The position numbers and the translations under genes are program-made. Under the pieces are notes generated by a model that did no database searches, was not told the origin of the DNA, and saw nothing but the letters and a program-made list of their open reading frames with translations. This document shows positions 1 to 13,300 of a DNA stretch of 64,000 nt, in pieces. The stretch lies in contig NMRA01000312.1 of NCBI GenBank assembly GCA_002633005.1, forward strand, positions 77,627 to 141,626. Reading direction: 5' to 3'. This DNA comes from Phoronis australis. Lineage: Eukaryota > Animalia > Phoronida. Position 1 is the stretch's first letter, and each line of letters starts with the position of its first letter.

Positions 1-268
1 TATCTATTTTACAACCTTCAAAACAGGCTGATTGAAATACCTGCAATTTTGTAGCCTTATGCAAATGCCTGGCATTACTTATGATGGAAAGCTTACAGGG
101 CATGTGCCCTGTTTCACCTTTCCTGTGAAAAGGTCTCCTTTGTAGACAGTCAGTGTTAAGAAGATGGCAGCTGTGTAGCTGCCTGATACGAAAAAAAAAA
201 TGTGCTTGTGAATGTTGTGAAGTAAATGAATCATGCTGTTGTACAATCTTTTCACAGCTTCTCGAACC

Positions 269-1309
269 ATGGCCAATTTGTTGATAGTGGGGGGAGGTGC
301 TACGGGTGCGTTGACGGCAGCGCTGCTCCGCCAAAGTCTGCCCAAGATTGCGTCAATTCAAATATGGGAAAAGTCTCGTGGAACCGGTGGACGCATGAGC
401 ACGTCTCGGAATCCGGCCAATCCCAGTTGCTGCGTGGATATTGGTGCTCAATACGTCTCAGTCAGACCCGAGTACCAAGAGGTCCATAAGCATGTTTATG
501 ATGAGCTCATCAAAGCGCAGTGTTTACAACCTTTGACGACAAAGATTGAGGGAGACAGGTTCGGTGAAGACACCAAGCATTATGTGGCACCCAGTGGCAT
601 GAACTCTGTGGTCAAGTATCTGATATCGATTTCTGGAGCCAAGGTCAACTTTGATCACCTAATTACAGAAATTGAAACAGTCGACCATGATCATTTGTGG
701 AAAGTAAAAACGACCAACGACATCACAGATGTTTTTGATGCTGTTGTTCTAACCATTCCCGTTCCTCAAGTATTCGGCCTAAAAGGAAACCTGGAAGATA
801 TCTTTGACACCAACACTACCGTCAGAGATCAATTGGCAAAAGTGAGCTATTCTTCTCGCTATACGTTGGGTCTGTATTTCGAGCCAGGGGTAGAAGTCAA
901 GTTGCCTTGGACTGCTAAATACTTCCCAGGAGCAGAGTGTATCGTTTTCATTTCTCACGACAATAGAAAGAGGGGTGTAGCTAACCCAGAAGGAGGCCAT
1001 TCCATTGCAGTGCATACCGGCGTGCCTTACTCAATGAAGCATTTAGAGGAAGATCGAACAGTCGTGAAGGAAGATGTCATGGCAGAATTGCGCAAGATTT
1101 TACCCGATTTACCCGAGCCGTCAGCGATCAAGTGCCAAAAATGGAGGTACTCTCAAGTCAGAGAGGGTGTCCCAGGGCAGCCAGGATGCATTGTCTTACA
1201 CAGCAAGCCGTTATTAATTATTGGGGGAGATGCCTTTACGCATTCCAACTTCGATGGATGCATTAAGTCGGCGACAAAAATTTGCGAGACCTTGAAGAGC
1301 GCTCTGTAA
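269..1309 (+). CDS. RNLS: Renalase-like FAD-dependent oxidoreductase, single coding exon, ~346 aa
   Basis: Rossmann GxGxxG (LIVGGGATG), WEKSRGTGGRMSTSR, DIGAQY, KWRYSQV and GDAFTHSNFDGC are renalase-family motifs. The ATG at 269 has a good Kozak context (accATGG) and follows a likely 5'UTR splice acceptor (tcttttcacag, ending 257). Confidence 0.9.
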   Translation: MANLLIVGGGATGALTAALLRQSLPKIASIQIWEKSRGTGGRMSTSRNPANPSCCVDIGAQYVSVRPEYQEVHKHVYDELIKAQCLQPLTTKIEGDRFGEDTKHYVAPSGMNSVVKYLISISGAKVNFDHLITEIETVDHDHLWKVKTTNDITDVFDAVVLTIPVPQVFGLKGNLEDIFDTNTTVRDQLAKVSYSSRYTLGLYFEPGVEVKLPWTAKYFPGAECIVFISHDNRKRGVANPEGGHSIAVHTGVPYSMKHLEEDRTVVKEDVMAELRKILPDLPEPSAIKCQKWRYSQVREGVPGQPGCIVLHSKPLLIIGGDAFTHSNFDGCIKSATKICETLKSAL

Positions 1310-1742
1310 AAAGTCTGTCTTTTGTTAGAGAAACATTATTTTGTGAGATTGAGTTTCTTTGTCAAAATTTTGTGAGATTTTGAACCAACTCGAAATTAAA
1401 GTCTGAGGATGGACTGAATTAAAAGATTTGAATTATGGTAATTTAATCTATGCATTTTGACATGATATATTTTATACTGGATCACAGTTTTATGAATCAA
1501 AGTGTAACAAGACAATCATGTTCATTGTTGAATTCTTTGAAGAGAAACTGTTCAGTGATAAAACAGTTAAGGTTTTAGAGAAGTAAGATCAGCAAAATGA
1601 TATTATTTCACTCAGTTCAAGGCCAGAAGCAACCTTCATGTTTTCTCATATTTCAGGCGCACATTTTGTTCAGAAATGGAATGAATTAATCTAGTCAAGA
1701 TTTCACAAGTTGTCTTAGTATATGGAAAATGTGGTAATTCAC

Positions 1743-1748
1743 AATAAA
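1743..1748 (+). promoter_or_regulatory. Candidate polyadenylation signal of the renalase-like gene
   Basis: AATAAA about 430 nt downstream of the stop codon; supported by position only. Confidence 0.35.
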
Positions 1749-1853
1749 CGTATTTGCTATTTAAATATGCTTATGGCAATTTATTTGAAATCTGTGCCCA
1801 GCAAGAAATGATAGTTACGTTAAGACAGTGAGAAAATATAGATAAATTCATAT

Positions 1854-2309
1854 AGGGCTGTTCCAGAAGTCCGTATGGGAGGGGGTAGGAGACAGCAATG
1901 GAAATAAAAATTCATGGGTGGTGGTCTTGCAAGAAGTATGGCATTATTTAGTTTTTGGCAAGACAGGTTGATTATCTCAAAAAGTTCTAGGCACAACTGG
2001 AAATTTAGCAAAAAAATGAAAAGCAGGGATGGATGCATTGACAGAAGTCATTTTCGTTTTGATTCGACCACCTTCTTGGCTACTTGAGTTTTTGACAACA
2101 TTGGACAAGAAAACTAGTTCTTGTCTATCGATCATATAAGTTCTTAACAGGTCATCCTGGAGGCAATTTGTTTGCAAGTGTTGGATTTTATATTTTAACC
2201 TAATAATTAAAAATTATGGGTTGTGGGTTGGAGAAATAAATGAAAAATATTGGCGGTGGGTACGAAATAAAAGTGCCTTCCCCCATACAGTTTTTGCTGG
2301 AGCAGCCCT
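1854..2309. mobile_element. MITE, PIF/Harbinger-like
   Basis: Imperfect TIRs agggctgttccagaagtccgtatggg / cccatacagtttttgctggagcagccct with ATA/TTA flanks; no coding capacity. Confidence 0.55.
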
Positions 2310-2392
2310 TACAATACATTCCAGACAGTAACAGCCCTTACAATACATTCCAGACAGTAACAGCCCTTACAATACATTCCAGACAGTAACAG
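2303..2392. repeat. 29-bp minisatellite x3
   Basis: Three exact copies of cagcccttacaatacattccagacagtaa. Confidence 0.95.
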
Positions 2393-4190
2393 TTTTAAAT
2401 TCATGCAGAAAATTAAGTTAATCATCCAATCCTTAGACTGTCGTCAAATATCAAAATAATGCGATTTCCAGCACATCACAAGAAATCCAATTTGATGCCA
2501 GTTCCTTGAAATGACCTTTATCAAAAGCGCAGCTACCATATAGAGTGGAACTGTGTAACAACCATCCTGCTCTTACAAGGAATGCTTATAATGTTTTATT
2601 TTACAAGTCCCAAGCCAGTGTTTTAACAACTGCGAAAAAATTCTTCAATTGGGGACAAAAATAATTGCTAAACTTGCCATATTTGTTTTTTTGCAGAGGT
2701 GTACCATATTGTTACAAATGCTCAAAATTTCACCAAACGTTATTTGGTAATAGCTATGCCGTACAAACCATGCTAAAAATAAAGTAGAATTTCCAGTAAT
2801 GTTTTTGTTGAGGAATTTGACAAAATGAAATTCCACCCATCTGCCACAAACTGAAGACTGCTTACTGTACACAATTTTATGTAATATGAATAAGTAATCT
2901 AGGATGAATCCAGGTAATTATTTGAATAATTGCATATTTATCCACTACGTCTCACGCTCTCATGCTCATTATGAGTTTTAAATAAAGCTACATAGACACC
3001 TTGCCAAGGCTAGTAACCACTAATAATGCACATGTTTACTGATTTAGAATTAAAACTGACTTCACAAGTATACATAGATTTGAGAATCAAAATGGAAAAA
3101 ACGCCATTTGATATGCATTATATAATGTAGGAGACTGACGTTTTAATTCAGAAAAAACAGATTGATTGAAAGTGGCGTTTTAACAATACAGTTTGTTGAT
3201 TGCTGGGTTCATGTCATTGCTGAATTTATTTAAAAATAAGTCCATATATCCATCACTCGTTGGCAGTGAAAAGTTTCACTAAGCAGGCAAATACAGAGCA
3301 GTGATAGCAATAACAGTTGCTCATAGGATGAACATTCTACCACAGTCTGAATAATGTACAGTTGCGGGGCCCATTCCTTGAAATTTATCTTTGCTACAAA
3401 AATGTTCAGACTGGTGACTGGATATAAAGAGCATTGCTCAACAATTAACGATATGGGTGATGGCGTGATGCGACTTGCTACTCAAGTATCCATTGTCCGG
3501 TTGCATGAAACAGTCCCAAATAGGGACTCGGCTAAGTTCCCTAAATCTACTGCGTATTTGTGGACTTGTGGAAACACTGTTTGTCTTATCATATGCTGTT
3601 TGATTATCATTACTATGCCAATTTTTTGATACAAATCGAAAGTGAACTCTATACTGAATTCTCAATAATATTGAAAATAAGTAGGAATATTTTCATGCAA
3701 CGCCCCCAAATATTTTGATTGGATTAAGGGCTCAGTTTTAGTTATATTATTAGAAAATGTCATTAGTCAAAGAAGAGCTCATAATAAAGATAAAATTGTA
3801 GAAAAATATTACATCAGTGCCTAAATAACGAAACAAATACGAAAAAGATTAAGGGAACTTAGTTGGGACTGTTCCATGCAACCAGCCACACAAACCTGCA
3901 TTTTGTCTAAGAGGAGAAGTTTGTAATGAACTGATGTTTGTCATTTTTTGGACCAAATTCAGAGCCGTACCTCGACTGCACTGCCAATTCTTTCAAAGCC
4001 TGGAATCACCTCCAGTTTGACAAAGATGCAATATGAGACTAATTTCGGCAATTGGTGTAAAACGATGGCTCAGTATTGTTGAAGATAATCTTTGAAAGTA
4101 ATAATGGGACCATAATTACAAATTAATAAACCTGGATAAATAGCAGTTCATTCATCTAAAATGCTTTCTGCGGTTAGGACAGCATGGTTT

Positions 4191-4354
4191 TCAGTTAGTC
4201 TGGAATATGAACTTGGCACTCTTCTCTTTTGCGACCTGCTTGTTCTTGTGTTTCAACTTGTCCATTATGGCAGCACTCTCCGTTTCAATGTTGTAGTAAT
4301 CGCTGAACCATTCCAGCATTCCTTCAATCTTCAAATGCAGCTCATTGGACGAAT
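4191..4354 (-). CDS. Polycystin exon 41 (last): cytoplasmic tail to stop
   Basis: tttttcttag acceptor, phase 1; DSSNELHLKIEGMLEW...KFIFQTN*. Confidence 0.8.
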
Positions 4355-7300
4355 CTAAGAAAAATACATGGAAACATGGTGATTGAAACTAAGTGTCCTG
4401 CAGTGGCAATATGGCGAAGAGTTGGCTGCTTTCTGATTGGCATGAAGCAAGTTCACTGACTGATAACGGTAGCAGTTACCAAGCTAATAACTGCAAAACT
4501 ACCGGTATGTACACAGGCAAAATGCCTAACGTATGCTTTCACAGTCCACAAAATATTCTTTTAAAAAAGTGAGTCAAAGTGTGTCGCTGAGGACCCCGGT
4601 TCTCAGACAAAGTTTAAGTAGGTCACCCAATAAAAATACCAAAACTGGGCTAACTTTGCAATATCATATTTTCCAAACTTCTGATCAGATTCACATTGAA
4701 CATGTTCAGATATTATTTGCTTTGAACATGTTCAGATACTATTCACTTTGAACATGTTCAGATACTATTCACTTTGAACATGTTCAGATACTATTCACTT
4801 TAAAACATGTTCAGATACAAAGCATTGCTCTCCAACATGCTTTTAGGGATTCTTTTCAAAATGTTCCAATTTTACATGAGAGCGATCAAACATGGGACTT
4901 ATGATTTTTATGAAAAAAATCAAAACTTGCATAGATGAAAACGACTGAAAATTTAGAAAACTATAGCAGTATTGCTCCAGTGACTATTGCCAAGAATAGC
5001 TGAATGAATGATCCCGTGATATGGTTTGCAAAATCCGACCAGGTATTCACCTTTGACATTTTCCATGAGCTTTTACACAAGTCTTGTTTATTTTTTATCA
5101 CTTTTCACAAAGCGTGGTTCTACAACATACCATCCACAAATCCGTCATCAGTGTCGCCAAAGTTAAGGCGAGTCCCCGTGCCAAAGCCAAACAGAGATTT
5201 GAAGCGTGACATCATAAAGCTAACGATCTCATAGTCGTTCTTCTCACGAATCGTCTCCCACTTGACGATGGAGAAAGCATCACAGATCATGGAGAGGAAG
5301 AAGTTAAGCAGCATGAACGTTACAAAGATGACAAATGAGAGGAACACCAGCGGTGCAAACACTGGGTTGGCCTGGGACAGGGAGTTGTAGTCAAACTTGT
5401 CTGCAATGAAAGTAAGAGGAAGACTATTGAGAGTGTGGTAAATACAGTATTATACCAATATAATCATACAAAATACAGTACTATACAAATTAAAGTAATC
5501 ATACAAAATTTATTTTACCATCATGGCAGCTAATTCTGTTAACAGTATAAATAACTATTAGGGCGACAAAATTCTAATTACAAAATCAGTTAGCCACCTT
5601 ACTTTATAGCCAACTTTCCTGTTAATTCCCCTTCATTCTCGGTTATGAGGGGACACAACTCTGACAATAAATTCAGCTTCCACCCAGTCGTCATGACAGG
5701 TAATTATGGGTCATTTTGTCTGAATACTTTTGTCTTGTACCGTATGCCAGCGGGGTGATCGCTGGATAAGTTTAGGACTAATCAAGAGTGAAAGCTAAGA
5801 CAGTTTAACAATCTCACAGTTTTAACTATCAAGAATATTAAAAATAAAATAGACAGTCATAACATTCATACTGAGCAGCATTATTTTACAATCTTGACCA
5901 GCGGTCAACAGTGGATAAACATTGAGAGAACAGGAGATTCCACCAATGCAACAATACATAATTATGACATAGTAGTGATTACTGGTACCCACAGGAACAT
6001 CTCTTGATTCACGTGCACATGTCATAATACCATTTCTTCACTACTCCAAACTTTTTCTTTTAAATATGGTGCCTGCTACACAATTCATAACGCATGACCT
6101 TAGTAATCTCCGACGTCCTTCACAACATGTGTCTAGAATCTCCAACAATATTCGGTTTGTCTAGGAAGCACTTACTCAACATCATACTGAAGAGCGTCTC
6201 CGCAGCTTTGATGAAAGTGCTGAAGCTGAGAAGCGTGCGTCCAAAGATAATGAATGTGGCCACGGTGTACGCCATGAACACCACCAAAAAGACGACACAG
6301 AAAGAGGCGATGGGACCAGCGGCCAGCGCCAGGGTGCGTCCCAGCATGCTCATCTTCTTGTTGAAGCGCAGTAGCTTCAGGCACTTAATGGTGGCTGTAA
6401 ATATGATGAAAGCGACCACGTAGCCAAACACCTGCAAAATATTGGCAAATACAATGTCTAAGTCAAAGTCTCAGTCCACATGTTTTATTTAAAGTCAGAT
6501 TTAGAAAACGTAAACACGAGATAGTCCTTTATCAGATATTAGTTTCTTCTAAAGCTGTATTGAGTGCGCCGTTGTTTAGGTAATACGACTATTAACATGG
6601 GACATTCTGTTTCATGCAAAAAACTGTCAAATGTTTTAATTAAATTTGTCATCCTCACAAAATGATTATATTGAGGTCAGAGGTCAGCATGGAGCTGAGC
6701 TGATATGTGTAACTTTTGGCTTATAATAAACCATGTCTTATTTTATCTTACTTTGACCTGCCGATGTAGCACTTGACATAACTAAGATTTGTCTATACAA
6801 CCCATTTTGTGGTTTTTCACTCATTTTGTGATATTTGTAATGCGCAAATCGAACTGCAATTATCTCATTATGGACAAGATTTCGTCATGTAAGATATTAC
6901 AGTTAATCCCTCTTCAATTCCATGCGAAAGTTATTAGCATAGCAATTTTCTCACTTTCAAAGGGCCAGGATTTGATAAAAAGCAAAATATTTTACCATAA
7001 AGGAGGTACAACAGTTCAAGATATTACGCTAATGACGAAGCCAATTTCTTCTCATTTATTTTTTAACGAAAAATTTGACAAAATAAAATTCTGCAATTCT
7101 GTCACCTTGTTTGTTCTGAAGAAAACTGATATTTAAGCTCAAGTCAATCAACTATTAATTGTAAACAAGTTAAAATTTACAGTCAAGATCATTAAGCTAT
7201 GACAAGAAAACAACCCAAAGGTGGCACAGTGCCAATGGCGGACATATTTTTGCATGACAAAGATAATGCGTCCACATATAAATATGTGGGCGCATAAAAA

Positions 7301-10300
7301 GTCATAAAGCATAATGTGCATTCATTGCTAACAACAAAAAAGTGAACCTGCTGAAATGTTCCTAATGGAAGAGCAGCATTGTGGGTAACCAGTGCCCTTT
7401 TCTAAGGATGCCTCCTAATTTGATCAGAGCCAGGTCAATCTGAAGTGCGTTCTGTAGACCAAAGGAAATTGCGAAACACTATTGGTGAGAAATCTTTTCT
7501 ATGAAAAGGAGCCCTTGAGAAACACTCACCTCTCACTTGTGAGATTTTGCTTGGTCATATGTGATCTTGCTTTTATGCGAGTTTGTCAAGTCTACGAAAT
7601 TCACCCCTACCTTTACGTTTGATTTAGTTTTAACTCTACTTTGTATTCTGTGCATCACCCTCTTTCCCTTACCTCGTCCCAGCCTGCCGTCCACTGGAAG
7701 TTAATGAAGGCCGTGCGATCTTCTTTGTAACGATTCATCAGGATGATGGCCAACACGAAGCGGTAAAAGAACATGACCACAGCAGTGATCATGAGACACG
7801 TGACTGCAAACTCCATCTTATTCCAGAAGTCCTAAAAGCAGAGAAGACAACATTAATGATTCGGGGAGAAATCAAAAAGGGACCGAATCCAAACTGAGAA
7901 GTTATTGTTCCTTTTCGATACATGCTATCTTTGCCAGGGTAAAAACATATTAAATATAAAAAGAACTGAATGATTACTTTTCATCCAAAATTAACTGTAC
8001 AAAATAACATACATGTTTGGCTATATGAAACTGATAATAGCCAGAAAGCACATGACTCAAAAGAACTACATTCATTGGATTTAGGAGGTACATTATTTAA
8101 TTATGTAGGAATGAATATCCAGATAATTTTTCCATTGTCTAGCATTGCCCAAGACCGAAAGAAAAATTAAAACCCTTTAGTTTTGGTTAAAAAGAACAAA
8201 TGGGGGCTACTCTGTTGCTCAGCAAGATGGCTGTTACTACATCTGTCCATCAGAAATGCAAAAACTTGAAAAGAACAACACATTTGACTTAAACATGGTT
8301 AGGCACAACGTTGTCTTAAAACCTTCCAGCTGTTGACACACACCTTGAAGTAGTTGCGTAAACCATCCTTCTTTATCTTCAATATCTCGCGCACCATGTA
8401 GAATATGGTAAAACAGATGGTTAGAAACTCGGCCACCAGGACAGTCAGCATTCCTGGACCCATCTGATCCAGACGCATGATGTAGAACTTGTACATGGGA
8501 TAGATGGCTACCAAGACAAACAAACGTGCAGCGTGTTTGAAACATTTGTGGAGTATCATTCCTGAGCAGGCTACGCATGTAACATCTAAGCAAAAGATGC
8601 AGTACAAGCCAAAAGCATTCAGTCAAAATGACTCAAAATTCCCCGTCATTATGGCTGAGCAGAATCTGAATTCATCACCGGAGTTATTTCCCCTGATGAC
8701 TGAGAATGAAGGGAATTAACAGGAGTCAGTAAAGTGTGCAAGCCATACTGTAATTAGAATTTTTACACATTAATAATAATTAATAGTAATTAATAGTAAT
8801 TATCAGGAATTACCAGTAATTTTTTTCTGTTAACAGCATAAAATGTCATGACGGGAACATGATATTTTGTCCGATTACTTTCGTCTTGTACTGCATAGGA
8901 ATCTTCTAATTGGCCAAAAGTTTCTTTGCGAGACTTTTCAAGTTGGCTGTTTTTTTCTAAGAACATGTCTTAGAAAAAACTTTTCCATTTGTTACTATGC
9001 ACTTTTCGTTAGTCATCTGCTTATGCTATCTAGATGCAGTATAATTTTGTAGAATTTGATCAACATCAGTAAGGATCACAAACATTTTTAAGTCTGGTCT
9101 GCAAGCCACCTATTGGCCACATCACATGACCTAATGGACATAAGTCCGACAAGATTTCTGCCCCCAACCAGGACGTGCAGAACAGACTTAAAAATGTTGG
9201 TGATCTATTTCCACACAGGTTTAAGATTTACATAGGCTTATACATATCAGTAAGGATCAATGCCTGAGAGTGTCTTCACAACAATTTGAGGATGATTTAG
9301 CGTTTAAGCATAAATCTCATGATGATGACATCCTTCTGTTGGTAAAAATCAAATTAAAATGATTTAGGTTACTATGCAAATGATTTAGGTTAGTATGCAA
9401 ATGATTTAGGTTAGTATGCAAATGATTTAGGTTAATATGCAAATGATGACACAAGTCTAAAAGGCACATCCTAAAATAGCACAGCACCACTCCCTATATA
9501 GTTTTTACCCACGACGCAACACATGGGTCAAAAACTTGTTCTGCTACTTCACTTCACATGAAAATGTATTAGTAACTATCTCATATCCTAATTATAATAA
9601 TAATTCATGACCGTATTGTTTTACTGCACTTTGAGATGTAATGCTGATGATAAGAAATTAGCAAAAGTACCAACATCAGCGCTAAAGGGGCAATGTATTC
9701 TTCTATTTAGTTAACTAACTCATGAGTCCTTCACATTTCGAAAAGTAAGTCAGTCATGCAAAGCATTTTCAACCTCCTCGAAAGAGAACAGTTCCACCCA
9801 CGACAGACCTATTACTGTCTGCCCAGTCTTAGAGACATACCTCCAGTTGGTAACAGTTCCAGTAACATGAAGGAGACCGCATGCAGGTTAACTTGTGGAT
9901 TGTACAAAACAAATTCCACAAAGATTGCACGGGCACTCGAGTCCAGCCAATTGTTGTTCTTGAGATAAGCAAGTACACTGCGAGCCTTCTCTTTTGTAGT
10001 GCCCAAGTTGGCGGTGAAGCCTCCACCGGCGTATGTTGCTAGGTTACCTGTGTACGGGTAGCCATCGAGTGCGGAGTGGTTCTGCCAGTAAAACCCCTCA
10101 TCTGGTCGATCACGCACATCTACAAGATGATAACTGAGATCACAAGAGCAGTCTAATGTTGTTTGTTTTCAATAGTTTGACTCCAGTCATTCAACACAGA
10201 ATATGGCATGCACACTGAAGCAAGATTAACAACCGGATGATCGCCACACAAATAAAAAAGTTCGTTGTTCAATTCAATGTTTTGTCTTTTCATTAGACAT

Positions 10301-13300
10301 CAGGATCATATTTACGACAATTTANNNNNNNNNNNNNNNNNNNNNNNNNNNNNNNNNNNNNNNNNNNNNNNNNNNNNNNNNNNNNNNNNNNNNNCATTAA
10401 AGAGTCATTGGCCATTCAGAACCAGCATGCCACTGATTCTCTGAATAACATGCAGAGCTCAGTGACCCTGCAACTATGGTGATGACCAGCTACTGACTAC
10501 ATTCCCTGTATCTCTAACTTCACTTTATGGATGTTACCTGAGCTGTATGTTGGCACTTGTCCTAAAGTGTCGTAAATATGATCCTGATGTCTAATGAAAA
10601 GACGAAACGTTGAATTGAACAACGAACTTTTTTATTTGCGTGGCGATCGTCCGGTTTTTAATCTTACTGTGGCCAAAAACTGATTTAATTAACACTGAAG
10701 CAAGCAAGTGAAGTCTGTGAATTGCAAAATAGTCAGACAAGACCATTAAAACAATACCAATCAAATGAGCCTTCCACACAATACAATGAGCATTATTCAA
10801 AAGCAGTTGAAAAATCAAAGCATGATTTGCACACTCATGCAGCTATTTAGAAATCATCTTAAAGGTAGTAAATCACTTTTTTTCACAAACAAACATTTAA
10901 TTTACAAGAAACGACCCAAGGACACCACACAAGCCTGGTCAGACCACGAGGTTCAAGGACCAGTCGATTACTAAATTAAGTCGTTTATTGACCCAAGTGA
11001 AAATGACTGGTAAAGAATCTCTACCTGGAGCTACTTCAATCCGCATTACAACTCCCTACCCCAGGGAATGTACACCAGACTAAAATGTGCTGTACGTACC
11101 TGACATGTTTACAGGAACCCAGCTCCTACGATAATGACCCTGGTCTTCAAAATCCATGTTGTAAGCTTCGCGACACTGCAGTGGAAAGTCTACTGAAGTC
11201 ACCGAGCAATTATCTGGAACCAAGGAGACGACATTAGACATTTTAGATAAAATGGGGTGCAATCAGTACCAAAACTAGTTTCTTGAAAGTTTGGCCACAT
11301 CACACAAGATCATGCTATTTTCATGACACGCTCTGCTATTCATCAATTTCTGCATATTTGATTGGGTATTTGGATTGCCATGGCGATTAGCTGTACAAGC
11401 AAAGTCAACCTATAGTATGACTAAGCAGTAAAGAGGTCAGCTTGTGCTGAAGCAGTCTGATTGACCAGTGCATGATAATAGTCACAAGGGTCCTGCATCA
11501 TGAGAACCAGTTTTCTCCACTGAATGAGCAGCAAACTGGTTCTCAAAATCCAAGACACATGTAAGTGACTACTGCCCAGTGCCCAAACGAATGAAGCTGA
11601 AAATAAAAAAACTGAACAATTAATTTAACTTGTTAAACAGATTTATCAACTTCCCTACATCATTTCTATATTTCTGCCCTTAGGATTTATTTCACATTAC
11701 CCATCTCTATTATTGTAGCCACCATGTGCTACTTTTGTATTCATACACCTCCCTACTCATTATTTCATTGGTCTAGCTCATTCAGGCATAAAAAAGACCT
11801 GCTGTGTTTTTCCGTATTAATTTTCCCACCGTCCATCACAGGGGTTATTGATTTTCCTATTTTATCCATTTTCTGTTAGGCCCTTCAGCTACAGGCATGG
11901 CAGTGCAAAGTGTCTCCTAAAGGTGAATTTGCATTATGCTGCAGCTGCTACAGTAAGCACACAAACACACACAGAGCAGAGACTAACGTGTAGGCATCCG
12001 CAGCAGGCGTAGCCGAGGACTACCCAACATGAACATGTTGCGGTCCTGCGTGAAGCCTTGTGAGAACCAGTACTGCTTGCCGTTGTACCACACATCTGGA
12101 TAGACACTGTTCACGAATGTCTGGTTGAGCCAGGACCAGAACTGGTTATAGTTGGTCACCTGAAAATAAACAGAGGGTGCGTTCAGTTATAATGCATTTT
12201 CGTCGTCATAGACCGTCCCTAGTAGCCAGTACACCTATTTGGCATGGTCGAATTTCTTGAGCAAATTCCAGGTATTTATCCGGTGGATTATGCGTCATTT
12301 CACACGCGTACCTAATAAGCCGATGATGTTAATTTGAGTTACCTAGAGAAGCAAGACCTTTTTGTTTCCACTTTGTAACTCTTTCAATGAACAGAAATCT
12401 GCTTCAAAACAGCGATAATATAATAAAGTCCATGAAGTTCCTAAGATAACAGAGTGCAATCGAAGATGCACCTTTTATCAATAGAGTTATGCTTTTAGAG
12501 ATGTAGGGGTCTTGCTGCGATATTTTATCAATCATGGTAAATACAGCTCAAACCAATTATTGAGATCAGAGAATGGCCAAATAACAGGTTTTTAAAAACC
12601 CAAGGTTTGGTACAGGCATGAAAATTACTTCAACAAAGTTATGATCATGAATCAGCCACTAAATCAGTTTTATTTTTCAACAAAATCCTAAATATTTAAG
12701 GACTCGGAAAACAGACTAAACAAAACTTTGCAATTTAGTCAAATGCTTTTTATTCAGACCACAAAATTCCATCAATGCTATAAAACACAGCAGCTGAAAT
12801 ATTTGAGCACTGTCATCATATACCATAATCAGTCACACAACATACCCCTTCAAATGACATCGTGGTTGAAGATGAAGAAAAATGGCCATCGCTGACCAAG
12901 TTCTTGACGTTTCTGAAGACAAAGTTCGACCAGGGGTCGCGGTTGCCATAGCCAATCATGAGCAAGAGGTAGAGGAAGAAGAGATACACAATGATTTCCA
13001 CGATGATTGCCTGCATCTCATTCTCCTTTTGTCTACAAGTAATTATTACAAACCATGAACACAATCTTCCAAGAGCTTCAGGTCGTATTAATTGATGATT
13101 CCTAATAACCAAGAATTACTTTAAGTTGTTAACAACTGTTAGACTGGCATATCATGTGCTTCTGTTTGCAATCTGTTAAAATTTATTCATGGCATTTTGC
13201 AATGAATGCTTAGTGAGAGCTTTCATGGTGGCCTGCTATCGTTGGTCACTCTGTTTTGTGAGTTGGCCACAAGATGGCACTAGCGGACAACTCACAACGA

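Noticed and set aside
233-268. Upstream ATG extending renalase to 358 aa
   Set aside because: It lies 5' of a polypyrimidine-CAG acceptor; the ATG at 269 has better context and directly precedes the Rossmann motif.
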